Source: a virus
Lineage: Duplodnaviria > Caudoviricetes
DNA: 64,000 nt
Reading direction: 5' to 3' (one strand)
Virus record (IMG/VR): IMGVR_UViG_2934069824_000002
Coordinates: 14,437-78,436 of that record
Shown here: piece after piece, positions 1 to 8,983 of the stretch
Layout of the letters: the number at the start of each line of letters is the position of its first letter
Position numbering within the stretch: the first letter of the stretch is position 1
Notes under the pieces: generated by a model
The model's database searches: none
Told to the model about the DNA's origin: nothing
Seen by the model: the letters and a program-made list of their open reading frames with translations, nothing else
Translations under genes and position numbers: made by a program

Positions 1-519
1 CATGTCGGTGGCCAGGCCGTCACCGCCGTAGGTGACGGCGTAGTCCCCGATCCGCTCGGAGGTGACGATCTGGGTGCCGAGGCTGGCCCCGCCGTCGTCG
101 GCCCGGTAGGAGGCCAGGGCCCCGGCGACCAGGCGGCCGACGAGGTCGACCAGGTCGGCCGGGACTTCGGGCAGGCCGTGGGTGATGGTCGCCTCGATCT
201 CGGACGGACCGCTGCCGCGGGTCCATCCGCCGAAGCGCCACAGCCGGTCCGAGCGCAGCCGCCAGTCGTTCACGGCTTCGCCGTCGATCGTCACGGCGGT
301 GACGGCGGTGACCGGAGAACCGGGCAGCCGCAGACGCTGGTCCCGTTCACCGTCCAGCTTCACCGTCGATGTGGTCTGGCTGATCGGTGACCCGGCCGCG
401 TCGCGGAGCGCGGCCGAGGCGACGGCCAGGTAGTTCTGGACGATCGGGAGTTCCGAGTCGTCCACGGTCAGGCCGAGGGCGACCAGGTCGGCCACCGTCG
501 CCAGGGGTTCCAGTGCCAC
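1..519 (-). CDS. Head-tail connector/adaptor (3' end outside window)
   Basis: GTG at 519 after a GGAGG RBS, MALEPLATVADL...; clear homologue of 38165..38758 (MALQPLATVADL). Confidence 0.8.
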   Translation of the reverse strand, partial: MALEPLATVADLVALGLTVDDSELPIVQNYLAVASAALRDAAGSPISQTTSTVKLDGERDQRLRLPGSPVTAVTAVTIDGEAVNDWRLRSDRLWRFGGWTRGSGPSEIEATITHGLPEVPADLVDLVGRLVAGALASYRADDGGASLGTQIVTSERIGDYAVTYGGDGLATDM

Positions 520-531
520 GGTGGCCTCCCG

Positions 532-915
532 TCAGTCGGCCATCTCGATGAGATCGGCCTTCGTGTACGAGGACGCGTCCTCGATGGTCATGTGCTTGAG
601 CCCGGCGACGTAGGCCGCCCAGTCGCCCTTGGGGGCGCTCTCTGCCGGGCGGCGCGGATCGCTGCTGGGCGTCTTGCCGTCCGGGTGGGGCTCCACCTCG
701 GTCTGCGGCTGCGGCCCGGCCGGGGTGGCGGTCGGCTTGGGCGCCTTCTCCTTGCGCGGCCGGGGCCCCGTGTCCGACTCGCGGTGCCATTCGCGGGAGT
801 TCAGCCGGGCCTCGATGTCCCGCACGGAGAACGGGCGGCCCACCGTCAGCAGGACCGGGGCGCCGCCGGAACCGATCAGGCGAACCTCGTCGCCGTCCTT
901 CAGCTCACCGGACAT
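532..915 (-). CDS. Phage protein with C-terminal small helical motif (APKGDWAAYV...TKADLI)
   Basis: C-terminal 127 aa of the ORF track entry; TGATG coupling to the capsid stop; homologous motif in 38772..39311. Confidence 0.7.
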   Translation of the reverse strand: MSGELKDGDEVRLIGSGGAPVLLTVGRPFSVRDIEARLNSREWHRESDTGPRPRKEKAPKPTATPAGPQPQTEVEPHPDGKTPSSDPRRPAESAPKGDWAAYVAGLKHMTIEDASSYTKADLIEMAD

Positions 916-1766
916 CAGATGATCACGTCCGCCGCGGCGAGACCCTTGGGCCGGACGACCTTCGCCCCGTACAGGTGGAGGCCCTTCACGATGTCCGCGA
1001 AGCCCTTCTCCTTGCGGGCCGCCTCGGTCTTGTTGATCTGCTCGGCGTAGCTGACCGCACCGTTGTACCCGGCGATGATCAGCTTGCCCGCACCGGCGCC
1101 CGGACCGTTGGGGGCGTTGTTCGACTTGCGCAGGGAGAACCCTGCGGCCGAGCCGATGACGCCGTTGGCGCGGGTCGCGGCGGCGGCGGGGTCGCCGGCG
1201 GACACGAACCGCGGGTCCTTCTGGAGCAGGCCGTGGAACTTCGGGGTGACGACCGCCCAGCGGCCGCTGTCGGGAACATCGTCCTCGTCGAGGACGACGC
1301 CGAGGTCGACCAGCAGGTCGTAGGCGGCTGCCGCGTCGGCCAGGGTCTGCTCGGCGATGAGGTTCCCCGCGTCGACACCGGCGGCCATGAGCCCGGCCAC
1401 GTAGGTGTCGGACACGTCGCGGAGCTTGTACCCGGCCTTGCGGGCCTGCTCGGACAGCACCTTGCCGCCGCTCTTGGCCTGCCGCTTCTCCACGTCGTCG
1501 ACCTCGAACGCGAAGTACTTCGACTGGTCGATGAGCAGGGTCGAGTCGACGTCGTCGACGTCCTCGATGGTGATGTCGGTGTGCGGGGTGTAGGTGCCGA
1601 TGGTCGGCTCCGCCAGGGACACGATGTGGACGGTGTCGCCGAACGCGCCGATCTCGCCCTCGTAGTCGCGGTTCACGACGCCGGGGGCGCCGTAGACGTG
1701 GGACTTCTCCAGGGTGACCAGCAGTTCCGAGGACCACACCTCGGGGATGAATGCCGTGATGGCCAT
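915..1766 (-). CDS. Major capsid protein (P22-coat-like family)
   Basis: FIPEVWS...VNRDYEGEI...GDTV...KGLHLYGAKVVRP motifs; follows the scaffold gene. Confidence 0.92.
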   Translation of the reverse strand: MAITAFIPEVWSSELLVTLEKSHVYGAPGVVNRDYEGEIGAFGDTVHIVSLAEPTIGTYTPHTDITIEDVDDVDSTLLIDQSKYFAFEVDDVEKRQAKSGGKVLSEQARKAGYKLRDVSDTYVAGLMAAGVDAGNLIAEQTLADAAAAYDLLVDLGVVLDEDDVPDSGRWAVVTPKFHGLLQKDPRFVSAGDPAAAATRANGVIGSAAGFSLRKSNNAPNGPGAGAGKLIIAGYNGAVSYAEQINKTEAARKEKGFADIVKGLHLYGAKVVRPKGLAAADVII

Positions 1767-1788
1767 GGTGTTCTCCTTGTGGCCGGGG

Positions 1789-2496
1789 TCAGCCGGCGTT
1801 GCTGAGGATGTCGTCGAGCTGGCCGTCTTCCTTGGCCTTGACGATCTGCGCAGGGGTCATGGACTTCAGGTCTGCTCGTGTGAGCTGCTTCGGCCGGCCC
1901 GCCTTGCGCGCTGCTCCGCCGTCGCCCGTGCCCTGGAACCGTCGGCCCGTTGCGGCCGCGAGGTAGGGCTTGGACTTGATGAGGTCGTCGATCGCCTCCG
2001 CGACCTCGTCGGAGTCGACGTTTCCGTCGTCGTCGACCTCGAACTGGTCGAGGTCGAGGAACTTGTAGGCGTCGGCCGGGTCGGCGAGCTTGCCCGCCGC
2101 CGCGGCCTTCACCTCGGCCCGCAGGATCCGGGCGTTGGCCTTCGACAGGGCGGCGCTCTCGGCTTCACGCCGGGTCTTCTCCGCCTCGTCGGTGCCGTCC
2201 TTCTCGGCGAGCTGCTGCTCCAGGGTGCGGCGCTTCTCCCGCTCGGCCTTGAGCTTGCCCTTCATGCTGTCCAGGGCCCGCTTGCCCTTGTCGCCGAGGT
2301 CGGCGGCACCGTCCGGGTCCTGCTCGTCGTCCGGCTCGGTCTCGTCCGGCTCGTCGTCCGGCTTCGGCTCGTCCTCGTCGCCGGGCTGCCCCTCTTCCTC
2401 GCCGCCGTCGGCGTAGAGAGTGAACGGGTCGGCGTAGGGGTGGGTCCAGCCGGGCGCGTGCGCGCGGGCGTGCCGGGGCAGGGTGCTGCGGTTCAT
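1789..2496 (-). CDS. Capsid scaffolding protein
   Basis: Acidic N-region, coiled coil, KPYLAA C-terminal motif; position upstream of capsid. Confidence 0.85.
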   Translation of the reverse strand: MNRSTLPRHARAHAPGWTHPYADPFTLYADGGEEEGQPGDEDEPKPDDEPDETEPDDEQDPDGAADLGDKGKRALDSMKGKLKAEREKRRTLEQQLAEKDGTDEAEKTRREAESAALSKANARILRAEVKAAAAGKLADPADAYKFLDLDQFEVDDDGNVDSDEVAEAIDDLIKSKPYLAAATGRRFQGTGDGGAARKAGRPKQLTRADLKSMTPAQIVKAKEDGQLDDILSNAG

Positions 2497-2504
2497 CAGG
2501 GACT

Positions 2505-2541
2505 CCCGTTGCGGGTGCGGGCCCGCGCGTTGCGCGCGGGC
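2505..2541 (-). promoter_or_regulatory. Tandem CAA-loop hairpins overlapping the scaffold RBS
   Basis: Minus strand GCCCGCGCG-CAA-CGCGCGGGC and CCCG-CAA-CGGG(AG); conserved at 41344..41381. Confidence 0.55.
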
Positions 2542-2544
2542 GGG

Positions 2545-3486
2545 TCAGAAGATGTAGGCGTGCTGCCGCAGCAGCCGGACCGCGTGCGCGCGGTTGTCGG
2601 CCAGGCGGAAGATCTCTTCGGGCATCAGGCGCGGAGTACGGCGGCCGGCCGCCCGCATGCGCTTTCCGGCGATGCCCCGGGCCGTGGTGCTCTCGGTCGT
2701 GGCGAGCACCTTGCGGCCGAACACGGTGGCTGTCGCCATGCCGCGCCGGGCGTTGACGAGCAGCCCCAGGTCGGCGCCCTCGGCGAGCGCCTTTGCCCCG
2801 GCCTCGCCGAACGTCTTCTTGCGCTGGGCGTCCGACATGGCGTCGACCAGCTTGCGCGGGTCCTGCGCGGTGGGCCGGTGGTCGCGGGTGACGGGCTCCA
2901 TCCCGCACTGGCAGCGCGGGTGCCGCAGGAAACCCGTGGACGTGCCGTACTCCTTCCCGGCCAGGACCAAGCAGCGGGAGCAGGCCCCGGACTCCGTCAC
3001 CCGGATGTACGCGGTGACCGACGGCCGGGTCACCATGCCGACCTGATCGGCGGCCCGCCCTGCGTCCGCGACGGCGGTGCGGGCGACGATGTCGATCAGG
3101 GCCTGGCCGCGGGCCATGGCCTGGGCGATCGGGGCCCCGGCGGTGACCATCCGGAACGCGGCCCACATCGGGCCGGCCAGCACGTCGGCCAGGGGCAGGC
3201 CCTCGCCGGACACCCCGGCCAGCATCTGCGGGTTCAGCCGGTCGGCGTCCGGCCGGTCCGGGTCCTCGTCGCCGAGCAGCCGTGTCAGCCACGACTCGGT
3301 CGACTCGGCGGCCGCGAGCTGGGCTCCGGACACGACCACCAGGAGGCGGGCCATGAGCGGCAGCCAGGAACCGCGGATGTCCTGCGGGTCCGTCTGCCTC
3401 CACAGCCGCACAGCGGCCCGACCGGCGGCCTGCCCGAGCCGCTCCCTGGCCGCCTGGTGGGTCAGCGCGAGAGGCGACGGGCTCAT
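2545..3486 (-). CDS. Head morphogenesis / MuF-like minor capsid protein
   Basis: ACSRCLVLAG...FLRHPRCQC motif; between portal and scaffold. Confidence 0.82.
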   Translation of the reverse strand: MSPSPLALTHQAARERLGQAAGRAAVRLWRQTDPQDIRGSWLPLMARLLVVVSGAQLAAAESTESWLTRLLGDEDPDRPDADRLNPQMLAGVSGEGLPLADVLAGPMWAAFRMVTAGAPIAQAMARGQALIDIVARTAVADAGRAADQVGMVTRPSVTAYIRVTESGACSRCLVLAGKEYGTSTGFLRHPRCQCGMEPVTRDHRPTAQDPRKLVDAMSDAQRKKTFGEAGAKALAEGADLGLLVNARRGMATATVFGRKVLATTESTTARGIAGKRMRAAGRRTPRLMPEEIFRLADNRAHAVRLLRQHAYIF

Positions 3487-4973
3487 GCCGCTGGCTCCTC
3501 TACCGGCCCGTCAGGGGCGTCCTCCTGTCCGGGCGGCGCCGGTGCGGGGGTGCGCCCGTCGACCATCATGCGGGTGATCTCCGAGACCGGGTCGGCCTCC
3601 ATCTCCCGGGCCCGCATCGCGAGCATGTCGGACACCTCGGTCGGGGTGAGCCCGTACTTCGAGGCCAGCCACTCCAGCGGGAAGCCGATGCCCTTCAGCT
3701 TCACCAGGGCGTCCGCGAGCTGCGCGTGGCTGCGCGACTCGGCGTCCGCCCACAGCACCCGGCCCGAGCGCAGCGCGTCGGCCTTGCGGTCGTCCCCTTG
3801 GGCCAGGGCGATGAGCCGGGCGGCCTCGCGGATGCCCTGCCCGTACCAGAGCTGTTTCTCCTCGACGCGCTTCACCAGTCCGGTCTCCGCCGCGAGCAGC
3901 GCGTCGGCGGACAGGTTGGCCATCTTCCCGATCAGGTAGTGCTGCGGGGTGCGGGTCTGGGCGGCGAGGTGGCCGACCGCCACCTCGATCAGGCCCGTGT
4001 ACATGGTCAGGTTCGCGGCCTGCCACTCGGCGATCTTCGCGTCCTTGCCGTTGAACATCATCACGCGGTCGACGGCGAACTTCTCGATGTCGACCGGCTT
4101 GTCGCCGACGACGATGCCCTCGCTGTTCAGCACGGGCAGCTTCGGTGCGTCGGCGCCGAGGATGACCCGCTGCGGGAACGACGCGTAGTCGGAGGCGGTG
4201 AACAGCTGCGCCCACAGGAGGTTGATGGCGTCCTGCATGGCGATCACACCGGCCACGTCCGACATCGGCTCGCCCACCAGGGACGGCTTGTTCGGCAGCT
4301 CCACCATCGGCACCACGCCCATGGGGTTGATCTGAGGGTTCGGCTCCTCGTCCAGCTCCCGCGGCTTCCATCGCTTGAGCTCCTCGTCGACCTCGGTCAT
4401 GGCCGGCGACTTGGCGTCCTCCCCGTACATCACCGGGCGGGAGAACTTCCACACCTGATCGGGCAGGTACAGGGTCGCGAAGTCCTCGCCGCCGTCCTGC
4501 CACCGCTTCAGCGCCGCCCGCCGGTGCCGCCTCGACCCGGGCTCGTAGGCGACGATGCACTGGGAGGCGTCCTCGAACGTGACGACCGGCATGTCCGGGT
4601 CATCCGGGTCGCCCCACACCAGCACGAAGCAGCGGGCCCCGGTCACCGCACCGAGGAACCCCAACTGCGAGTCGGCGTCCAGGCCGTTGACCTGCCACAC
4701 CTTCCACAGTTCCTTGTCCGCCTGTGTCTCCCCGGCGGCCTGGATCCCGTTCACGGTCAGCCGCTCCACCGGGGAGTCGGCCACCACCTGCACCCAGTTG
4801 TCGCAGAAGTCCTGGTAGCGGTCCCCGTGGAACTTGCTGAACGCGTCCGAGGCGTACTTCAGCCGGCCGCGCCCCCGGTAGTAGGCGTTGTGCCGGTCGA
4901 TGTCCGTGCGCCGGTTGACGAGCTCCTGTTCCAGGACGGTCACCAGCTGGAGAGCACGCTCCATCGTTGCCAT
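3483..4973 (-). CDS. Portal protein (SPP1 gp6-like)
   Basis: Start MATMERAL at 4973; YYRG, FPQRVILG, NLSADAL motifs; follows the terminase. Confidence 0.92.
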   Translation of the reverse strand: MATMERALQLVTVLEQELVNRRTDIDRHNAYYRGRGRLKYASDAFSKFHGDRYQDFCDNWVQVVADSPVERLTVNGIQAAGETQADKELWKVWQVNGLDADSQLGFLGAVTGARCFVLVWGDPDDPDMPVVTFEDASQCIVAYEPGSRRHRRAALKRWQDGGEDFATLYLPDQVWKFSRPVMYGEDAKSPAMTEVDEELKRWKPRELDEEPNPQINPMGVVPMVELPNKPSLVGEPMSDVAGVIAMQDAINLLWAQLFTASDYASFPQRVILGADAPKLPVLNSEGIVVGDKPVDIEKFAVDRVMMFNGKDAKIAEWQAANLTMYTGLIEVAVGHLAAQTRTPQHYLIGKMANLSADALLAAETGLVKRVEEKQLWYGQGIREAARLIALAQGDDRKADALRSGRVLWADAESRSHAQLADALVKLKGIGFPLEWLASKYGLTPTEVSDMLAMRAREMEADPVSEITRMMVDGRTPAPAPPGQEDAPDGPVEEPAA

Positions 4974-4983
4974 CGCTCTCCTC

Positions 4984-6618
4984 TCACGCGCCGTAGTAGT
5001 AGGACTGCTGCCGCACCGCGAGACCCGCGGCGATGACGTCGCCCAGCGCCTCATGGGCCAGGACGCTGGCCATGGTGGCGTCGATCTTCTGAGCCGAGCT
5101 GGCCTTCTTCAGGACGTACCGGTCGGCCGGCCGTGCGGCCGCGCGGGTGTTCGCGACGTGCGCCTCGGTGATCGGGCACCCGTCGTGCGTGAACGCGGCC
5201 CCGTCCGAGTTCCGTTTCAGGACGTCCGTGCGCAGCCGCTCCGTCGCCTTGTGGATCTGCACCGGCCGGGTGGTGTACCAGCGCACGACGCGCTCCTCCC
5301 CGTACAGGTCGACCCACTCGTCGACTTCGGTCTGCCAGTACGGCGGGTCCGCGTACAAGCGGACCACGTCGTAGCGGCGGAACAGCTGCTCCACCGCCGC
5401 GCGCACCTCCGCGCGCGGGACCTGGCCGCCGTAGTCGGCCGGGTTCCAGATCGTCGGCTCGTCCTCGTCGCCCCACTGCGGGGTGAACTGGTAGCCGGTC
5501 ATGGTCTCGGCGCGGATCGCGGTCCAGTCGTCCATGTCCGAGCCGTCGAACCCGAGGACGATGCGGGTGCGCGGGCGCACACGCTGCGGCTTCTCCTTCG
5601 CCGCCCACTTCGCGCCGTCCAGCCAGGAAGCAGACCCGGCCACGCACCGGTTGCCGAAGAAGCGTTCCGCCTGGGCGGGGTCCTTCTCCATGATCTCGGC
5701 GGCCTCGGCCTCGATCGCGTCCAGGTCGACGTGCGTCGACCCGGCGTACACCACCGTGTGGATCTTCCGGCGGTCCCGCTTGTTGCCGTAGGACAGCGTC
5801 TTCGGCGCCTGCGGGTGGTAGCGGAAGATGTCCTTCGCCTTCGCCTCGGACGTCGTCTGCGCGACGCTGTTCTCCGAGGGGTCCCACCCGTTCGTCGTCT
5901 CCATCGACCGGCCACCCATACCGGCCGTGCCGCGGCGCTGCGTCTCGGCGACCCGGCGCAGCTTGTTCGCCGTGTTGTACAGGCCGGTCTCGTCCTGCAT
6001 CGCAAAGATGATCGGGTTGCCCAGCCGGGACAGCGCCGACGAGGTGACGACGTCGATCCGGCCGTCGTCCCCGACCCGGGTGAACTCCTCACCGGACTGC
6101 ATCAGCTCGGACAGCGGACCGCGCCGCACCATCGACCGCAGCGGCCGGTAGACGTTCGCCACCTGGTCCTCCGACGTCGCCGTCAGCTGAATCAGCGGCG
6201 TCGGCCACGGTGTACCCATCGGTTCGCCGGGCTCGTAGTCGTACCACCACCCGCAGCCGCACCCGTGATCCGAACACCGGTAGCGCTCGCCGCCCTTGGC
6301 CCAGCCGTCGAAGACGACGGGGCCGGCGGCCTCGGCGAGGACGATCGTCGCGGACCACGGCCCCTTGCCCGTCTTCTGCGGGGCGACGACCTGGCTGCGC
6401 CGGTAGTGGAACGCGGGCGCGAACTGCCCGACGACGGCTGCGGGCTTCACCCGGTAGTGGTTGACCGTGCACCACAGCTGCCACGGATACAGCTCCATGT
6501 CCTCACCCGCGCGGAACCCGTCCGGGACCGGGCAATGGCGCTCGATCCAGTCCGGGACGATCCACAGGGTGGGGAAGTCGACGACGAACTCGGCGGCCGC
6601 GTCAGCTGCCTTCGCCAC
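4984..6618 (-). CDS. Terminase large subunit
   Basis: Walker A PQKTGKG, Walker B MQDE, nuclease LGFDGS...D and KIDA motifs. Confidence 0.95.
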   Translation of the reverse strand: MAKAADAAAEFVVDFPTLWIVPDWIERHCPVPDGFRAGEDMELYPWQLWCTVNHYRVKPAAVVGQFAPAFHYRRSQVVAPQKTGKGPWSATIVLAEAAGPVVFDGWAKGGERYRCSDHGCGCGWWYDYEPGEPMGTPWPTPLIQLTATSEDQVANVYRPLRSMVRRGPLSELMQSGEEFTRVGDDGRIDVVTSSALSRLGNPIIFAMQDETGLYNTANKLRRVAETQRRGTAGMGGRSMETTNGWDPSENSVAQTTSEAKAKDIFRYHPQAPKTLSYGNKRDRRKIHTVVYAGSTHVDLDAIEAEAAEIMEKDPAQAERFFGNRCVAGSASWLDGAKWAAKEKPQRVRPRTRIVLGFDGSDMDDWTAIRAETMTGYQFTPQWGDEDEPTIWNPADYGGQVPRAEVRAAVEQLFRRYDVVRLYADPPYWQTEVDEWVDLYGEERVVRWYTTRPVQIHKATERLRTDVLKRNSDGAAFTHDGCPITEAHVANTRAAARPADRYVLKKASSAQKIDATMASVLAHEALGDVIAAGLAVRQQSYYYGA

Positions 6619-7081
6619 TGGGCACGACCTTCAGCCGGTCCCGGGCAGACGGGCGCCGCACGGGCGCCGCGAGCACCGGGCCGTCGGCGGCCGGCTCGTC
6701 CGTGGCCGGGGCGATCTTCCACCGGTTGCGGTTCATGCCCGCCACGCTCAGCCCCAGGCTGTCGAGGTAGCCGCGCACCATCTTCTTGATGTCGACCCGG
6801 GCATCGGGGCGCTCGACCTCGGCCAGCGTGCGGACGAAGAGCGCCACCTCCAGCTCCTGCCCCATGTCCTCCCACGCCAGAGCCTGCGGTTTCACCCACA
6901 GGCCTTCCCACAGCTCCAGTTCCCGGCCGGTCGGCTCCGTCAGCGGCCACTCGGGCGGGTCGCCCGGCCTGCCCTCGGCGGGCAGCGTCCGCCATCCACC
7001 CTTCTCGATCGACGCGGCGCTCTTCAGCGACCGCGGGTCCGGCGGTGGCCCGGACACGGTGCGCGCTCCACCACGGGGCAT
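6602..7081 (-). CDS. Terminase small subunit
   Basis: MPRGGAR..SGP.PDP N-terminus and LGLS..GM.RNRW motif; immediately upstream of terL. Confidence 0.82.
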   Translation of the reverse strand: MPRGGARTVSGPPPDPRSLKSAASIEKGGWRTLPAEGRPGDPPEWPLTEPTGRELELWEGLWVKPQALAWEDMGQELEVALFVRTLAEVERPDARVDIKKMVRGYLDSLGLSVAGMNRNRWKIAPATDEPAADGPVLAAPVRRPSARDRLKVVPSGEGS

Positions 7082-7089
7082 GACGATCA

Positions 7090-7230
7090 CTCCTTCAACG
7101 CTGCGTTGCGCAGCACCGAGAGCCGTCACCTTGCGTGACAGCGGGGACCCTATGAACCCGGCGGACCTCCGAGCGCCCTCCCCCGCGTTGCTCGCCCCCA
7201 GGTCAGCCGGGGGTACCCCCCTGGGTGGAC
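7090..7230. other. Putative cos/packaging-initiation region of prophage A
   Basis: Non-coding gap between HNH and terS; blocks ggaccct(a/t)tgaacc, gccctcccc and acccccctggg are conserved at 46000..46135. Confidence 0.5.
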
Positions 7231-7261
7231 GTCGCAGAGTGTGACAGTCGGGTCGGATGGT

Positions 7262-7618
7262 TCAGCGGCCGAACGTTTCGAGGGCGGTCTTGCGGCTGTG
7301 ATGGCGTCTGCTCATCGCCTGCCAGTTGGTGGGGTCGAAGCCGCGGGGTCCGAGGGGGCCGAGGCCGTCGATGTGGTCGACCTGGGTGGCGAGGTCACGT
7401 TGCAGGGGCAGCAGGGGCGCGCACTCGTCGCACTCGCAGTACGGATGGTCTTCGAGGTAGCGCGCGCTGGCGGTGCGCCATCGCCTGTCGTAGCCGCGGG
7501 TGTGGGGGGTGGGGCGGGCTGCTCTGGCCTTGGCCTGGCATGGGGGGCAGGGGCCGGAGGTGGTGAGGGTGGGACAGCCTGGTGTCGGGCAGACCTGCTT
7601 GGCCCTCATACGAGGCAT
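7262..7618 (-). CDS. HNH endonuclease (terminase-associated)
   Basis: CPTPGC, RGYD..W, VDHIDG...NWQ.M...HHSRKT. Confidence 0.88.
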   Translation of the reverse strand: MPRMRAKQVCPTPGCPTLTTSGPCPPCQAKARAARPTPHTRGYDRRWRTASARYLEDHPYCECDECAPLLPLQRDLATQVDHIDGLGPLGPRGFDPTNWQAMSRRHHSRKTALETFGR

Positions 7619-7683
7619 CAGCGCCTCCTGGCGTGCCGAGGCCCGGCGGCGCGTGTGCGCGGCCGGGCCTGGGTGGTGTGTGG

Positions 7684-8091
7684 CTACCCCTTGGGGTCGG
7701 GGCAGTTCATGAGGATGGCGGGCCAGGTGTCGCCCTTGATGCGGCCGCCGGTGTAGATGTCGGAGGCCTGCTGGTCCTTGGCCCATTCGCCCATGCAGAC
7801 GTACACCTTGTCGGCGTCGCTGCGGACGACGGTGATGCCGTAGTTGAGGAACTGGTCGCCGATGCTCTCGGCGTAGTCCTGGATGGCGGCCTTGGCCGTG
7901 TCGACGGTGGCGTCGGGGACGACGAGGTCGACGCTGCCGGTCTTCTTCTTCTCGTCCTTGTTGGCGACGGTGTAGGCGGGCGGCTTGGGTGTGTCCACGT
8001 TCTTGGCCTTCTGGTCGTCTTCGCCGCAAGCGGTGAGTGTCAGGAGCAGGCCGGCCGTGATGAGTGCGGCGGTGGTGGTTCGGGTGCGCAT
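7684..8091 (-). CDS. Lipoprotein (moron; superinfection-exclusion candidate)
   Basis: Signal peptide MRTRTTTAALITAGLLLTLTA-C with lipobox; GGGGGA RBS. Confidence 0.75.
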   Translation of the reverse strand: MRTRTTTAALITAGLLLTLTACGEDDQKAKNVDTPKPPAYTVANKDEKKKTGSVDLVVPDATVDTAKAAIQDYAESIGDQFLNYGITVVRSDADKVYVCMGEWAKDQQASDIYTGGRIKGDTWPAILMNCPDPKG

Positions 8092-8162
8092 GGTCCCCCC
8101 AGGGATGTGCGTGATGAGGGGGACATCATCGGGCACCGTGGGGCGTGCTGTCCTGGGTACGA

Positions 8163-8195
8163 CGAAGCCCCCGGCCGTTGTGGCGGGGGCCTGCT
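8163..8195. terminator. GC-rich hairpin, probable intrinsic terminator
   Basis: gcccccggcc...ggcgggggc inverted repeat flanked by cgaa. Confidence 0.45.
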
Positions 8196-8251
8196 GTGCG
8201 CTTCGGGGCATGCGTGTTGTGCCCAAATCGTGGCGCATGGAAGGCCGCAGG

Positions 8252-8473
8252 TCAAGCGGCCTTGACGGCGCGCTGCCCTTCGCGCGTGGGCTTGGCGGCG
8301 TATCGGGCTGCTTCGACGTCGGCGACGCGGTAGAGGGGGCGCTTGGGGGTGCCGCTGCAGCGGGTGAGGAGGCCGCGGCGTACCCAGTCGCGGATGGTGG
8401 CGGGGGCGACGCCGGCGGACATGGCGGCGAGGCGGGTGGTGAGGGTGCCGATGGGCGGCAGTTGGTACTCCAT
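8252..8473 (-). CDS. MerR-like HTH DNA-binding protein
   Basis: AGVAPATIRDWVRRGLL...YRVADV; homologue at 47309..47548. Confidence 0.8.
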   Translation of the reverse strand: MEYQLPPIGTLTTRLAAMSAGVAPATIRDWVRRGLLTRCSGTPKRPLYRVADVEAARYAAKPTREGQRAVKAA

Positions 8474-8550
8474 GGGCCCATTGTGGCGTGCGTGGGCCCC
8501 GGTCGTCGTGGTGACGGCCGGGGTCCGGTGTGCAGGTCGTGGCGCGCGGG

Positions 8551-8793
8551 CTACAGGTCGAATCGCTCGGCTTCGTCGGGGGCGGTCTCCAGGCGGGTGA
8601 GGTTCTGCTGCCCGTCGTGGGGCCAGATCCAGCAGGTGCGCGGGCCGGTGTAGTAGGAGTGCCCGGCCCGGTTTTCCTGGACGAGGTGGGCGGCCAGGGC
8701 GGCGGTGTCGGGGTCCGGTCCGGCGGTGATGACACCGGAGCTCATGCGGCGGCCGTTGTCGGCGCTCTGGAGCAGGTAGGCGAAGCGCGGCAT
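8551..8793 (-). CDS. Hypothetical protein
   Basis: ORF with GAGAGG RBS, co-oriented with its neighbours. Confidence 0.6.
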   Translation of the reverse strand: MPRFAYLLQSADNGRRMSSGVITAGPDPDTAALAAHLVQENRAGHSYYTGPRTCWIWPHDGQQNLTRLETAPDEAERFDL

Positions 8794-8806
8794 GGCGGCG
8801 GTCCTC

Positions 8807-8905
8807 TCAGTGGCTGTGGGCGGGGTAGTTGCCGCCGCAGCGGGCGCAGTACGGGAGGGGCTGCTGGGTGAAGTGGGCGGCGGCGAGGAGGGCGAGGAGT
8901 GCCAT
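8807..8905 (-). CDS. 32-aa CxxC/HxH peptide (MALLALLAAAHFTQQPLPYCARCGGNYPAHSH)
   Basis: Hand translation; AGGA RBS; near-identical ORF at 48700..48798. Confidence 0.72.
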   Translation of the reverse strand: MALLALLAAAHFTQQPLPYCARCGGNYPAHSH

Positions 8906-8983
8906 GATCGTGGTCCTGTCTCGTGAGGGATGGGGCCATGGGGCGGCCGGTCGCCTGGCAGTGAGTCGGCCGCCCCGCGGGTG

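Noticed and set aside
1714-6789. Long plus-strand ORFs (741, 436 and 633 aa) and similar ones throughout, e.g. 28284..31637 and 32879..35632
   Set aside because: Antisense shadows of real minus-strand genes, expected in high-GC DNA; no recognisable motifs
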